Below are positions 25,750-26,766 of a stretch of 26,766 nucleotides of DNA, piece by piece (position 1 is the stretch's first letter; each line of letters begins with the position of its first letter). This stretch comes from an uncultured bacterium (GTDB lineage: Bacteria > Abyssobacteria > SURF-5), in the NCBI GenBank assembly GCA_964510165.1, contig CAZEBC010000028.1, forward strand, positions 1,592-28,357, written 5' to 3'. Under the pieces are notes generated by a model, which searched no databases, had not been told where the DNA came from, and was given only the letters and a program-made list of their open reading frames with translations. The translations under genes and the position numbers were made by a program.

Positions 25750-26766
25750 ATGCGCGGAATACGTTTTGAATGGCGGCCACCGGGCATCCTAATGGCGTTG
25801 TTGATTCTTGGCCTCTTTGCTTTTTTCCCGCTGGATGCGCTATGCGCAGAGACCGGCGCCCTCTCCGAAGAGAGTTCCAAGCATAGCGTGGTGTTCGTCA
25901 TTGACGTATCCACCAGCATGTATGACATCCTGGACAGCCTGAAGAGCGCCTTGAAGCAGTATGTCAGAGAGTCCAGCTCGGGCGATTCCATCGCGATAGT
26001 CACCTTTGGCGAAAGTTCCAAGCTGCATTTCAGGAAAACGATTGCCGACTCCGATGACGTGGATAAGATGGTGAAGTTCTGCGACGAACTGACATGTCCG
26101 GACGAATACACTTACTTCCCGGGTGGATTGAACAAGGGAATCGAGGAGTTGAGCCGATTCTACAAAGAAGACCCCTCGGGCGTCCACATCCTTGTCTTGT
26201 TGAGCGACGGCAAGAGCAATCCTCCCAAGGATTTGCCCGAGGAACGGGTCGTAACGTACGAGCAAATCAAGGAACGGTATTTCTCCCGCTTCAAGCCCGG
26301 AAGGGACTGGTACATCAGCTACGTCGCGCTGAGGGGAGTTCCTGACATCGACCTCGCTCAGTTTGTCGCAGAATGCCGGGGAAGCACAATCGAATTGCGT
26401 GCCGAGGAAAGACCGAAGGGCTGGCGGCGGACCGGCTCATCGGGTGACGATGAACCGCAGATTCCGCCCGTCATAAGCGAGGCCCGCCTCTATCCGGGAC
26501 CCGGCCTCAAGGTTGAAGAAGACAGCATGCTCAATCTGGGGGTTGCCTGCTTGCCCGCCACCGTCCGGATTCCCTTGTTCATAAAGCCCATGCGCGGAAA
26601 ACCGGCAGGCGAAGTGATAGACGTCGAAACCACTCTTCTGAGTTCGCTTGCGTCCACGCGGATAACTGCCGAAGTGAAGCCGCCCCAGATTGTCTGCGGT
26701 AAGACAAAAACGCAGGCAGACATTATGCTTTCCCTCACGGGCGTATGGCAGGATGAACTCCTGGGC
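25750..26766 (+). CDS. Exported/membrane-anchored vWA-domain protein, 3' end beyond the window edge
   Basis: Not in the ORF track because it has no stop in the window. MRGIRFEWRPPGILMALLILGLFAFFPLDALCA (signal-peptide-like), VVFVIDVSTSM (MIDAS DxSxS), IVTFG, ILVLLSDG; open to the window end. Purine-rich SD at 25731-25741. Confidence 0.85.
   Translation, partial: MRGIRFEWRPPGILMALLILGLFAFFPLDALCAETGALSEESSKHSVVFVIDVSTSMYDILDSLKSALKQYVRESSSGDSIAIVTFGESSKLHFRKTIADSDDVDKMVKFCDELTCPDEYTYFPGGLNKGIEELSRFYKEDPSGVHILVLLSDGKSNPPKDLPEERVVTYEQIKERYFSRFKPGRDWYISYVALRGVPDIDLAQFVAECRGSTIELRAEERPKGWRRTGSSGDDEPQIPPVISEARLYPGPGLKVEEDSMLNLGVACLPATVRIPLFIKPMRGKPAGEVIDVETTLLSSLASTRITAEVKPPQIVCGKTKTQADIMLSLTGVWQDELLG

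Noticed and set aside
1-26766. CRISPR array, tRNA/rRNA, transposase, integrase or prophage
   Set aside because: No regularly spaced repeats, cloverleaf or rRNA-like segments, or mobile-element ORFs seen.

Overview
GC-rich bacterial chromosomal window with no mobile element, CRISPR array or tRNA/rRNA that I can support. From left to right it holds: a cobalamin-riboswitch-controlled cobU-cobT-cobS operon (cobS runs off the left edge); a heterodimeric ABC exporter pair; a class V aminotransferase-serA-galE-TMTC-like glycosyltransferase run; an FKBP/SlyD-type PPIase with a structured 5' leader; a membrane-anchored sulfatase-fold protein lacking the formylglycine motif; an orphan CbbQ/NorQ AAA+ and CbbO/NorD vWA chaperone pair coupled to a Nudix hydrolase; a GH2 beta-glucuronidase with a large insertion; an atypical PLP enzyme; a glycyl radical enzyme (GRE)-PNPOx-like flavoprotein-AcpS operon with no activase in view; an unannotated 47-aa membrane protein; and a secreted vWA protein running off the right edge. 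The best candidate for an undescribed system is the GRE-PNPOx(-AcpS) operon, possibly served by the nearby orphan CbbQ/CbbO-type chaperone. All functional calls come from motif recognition by eye; no searches were run.
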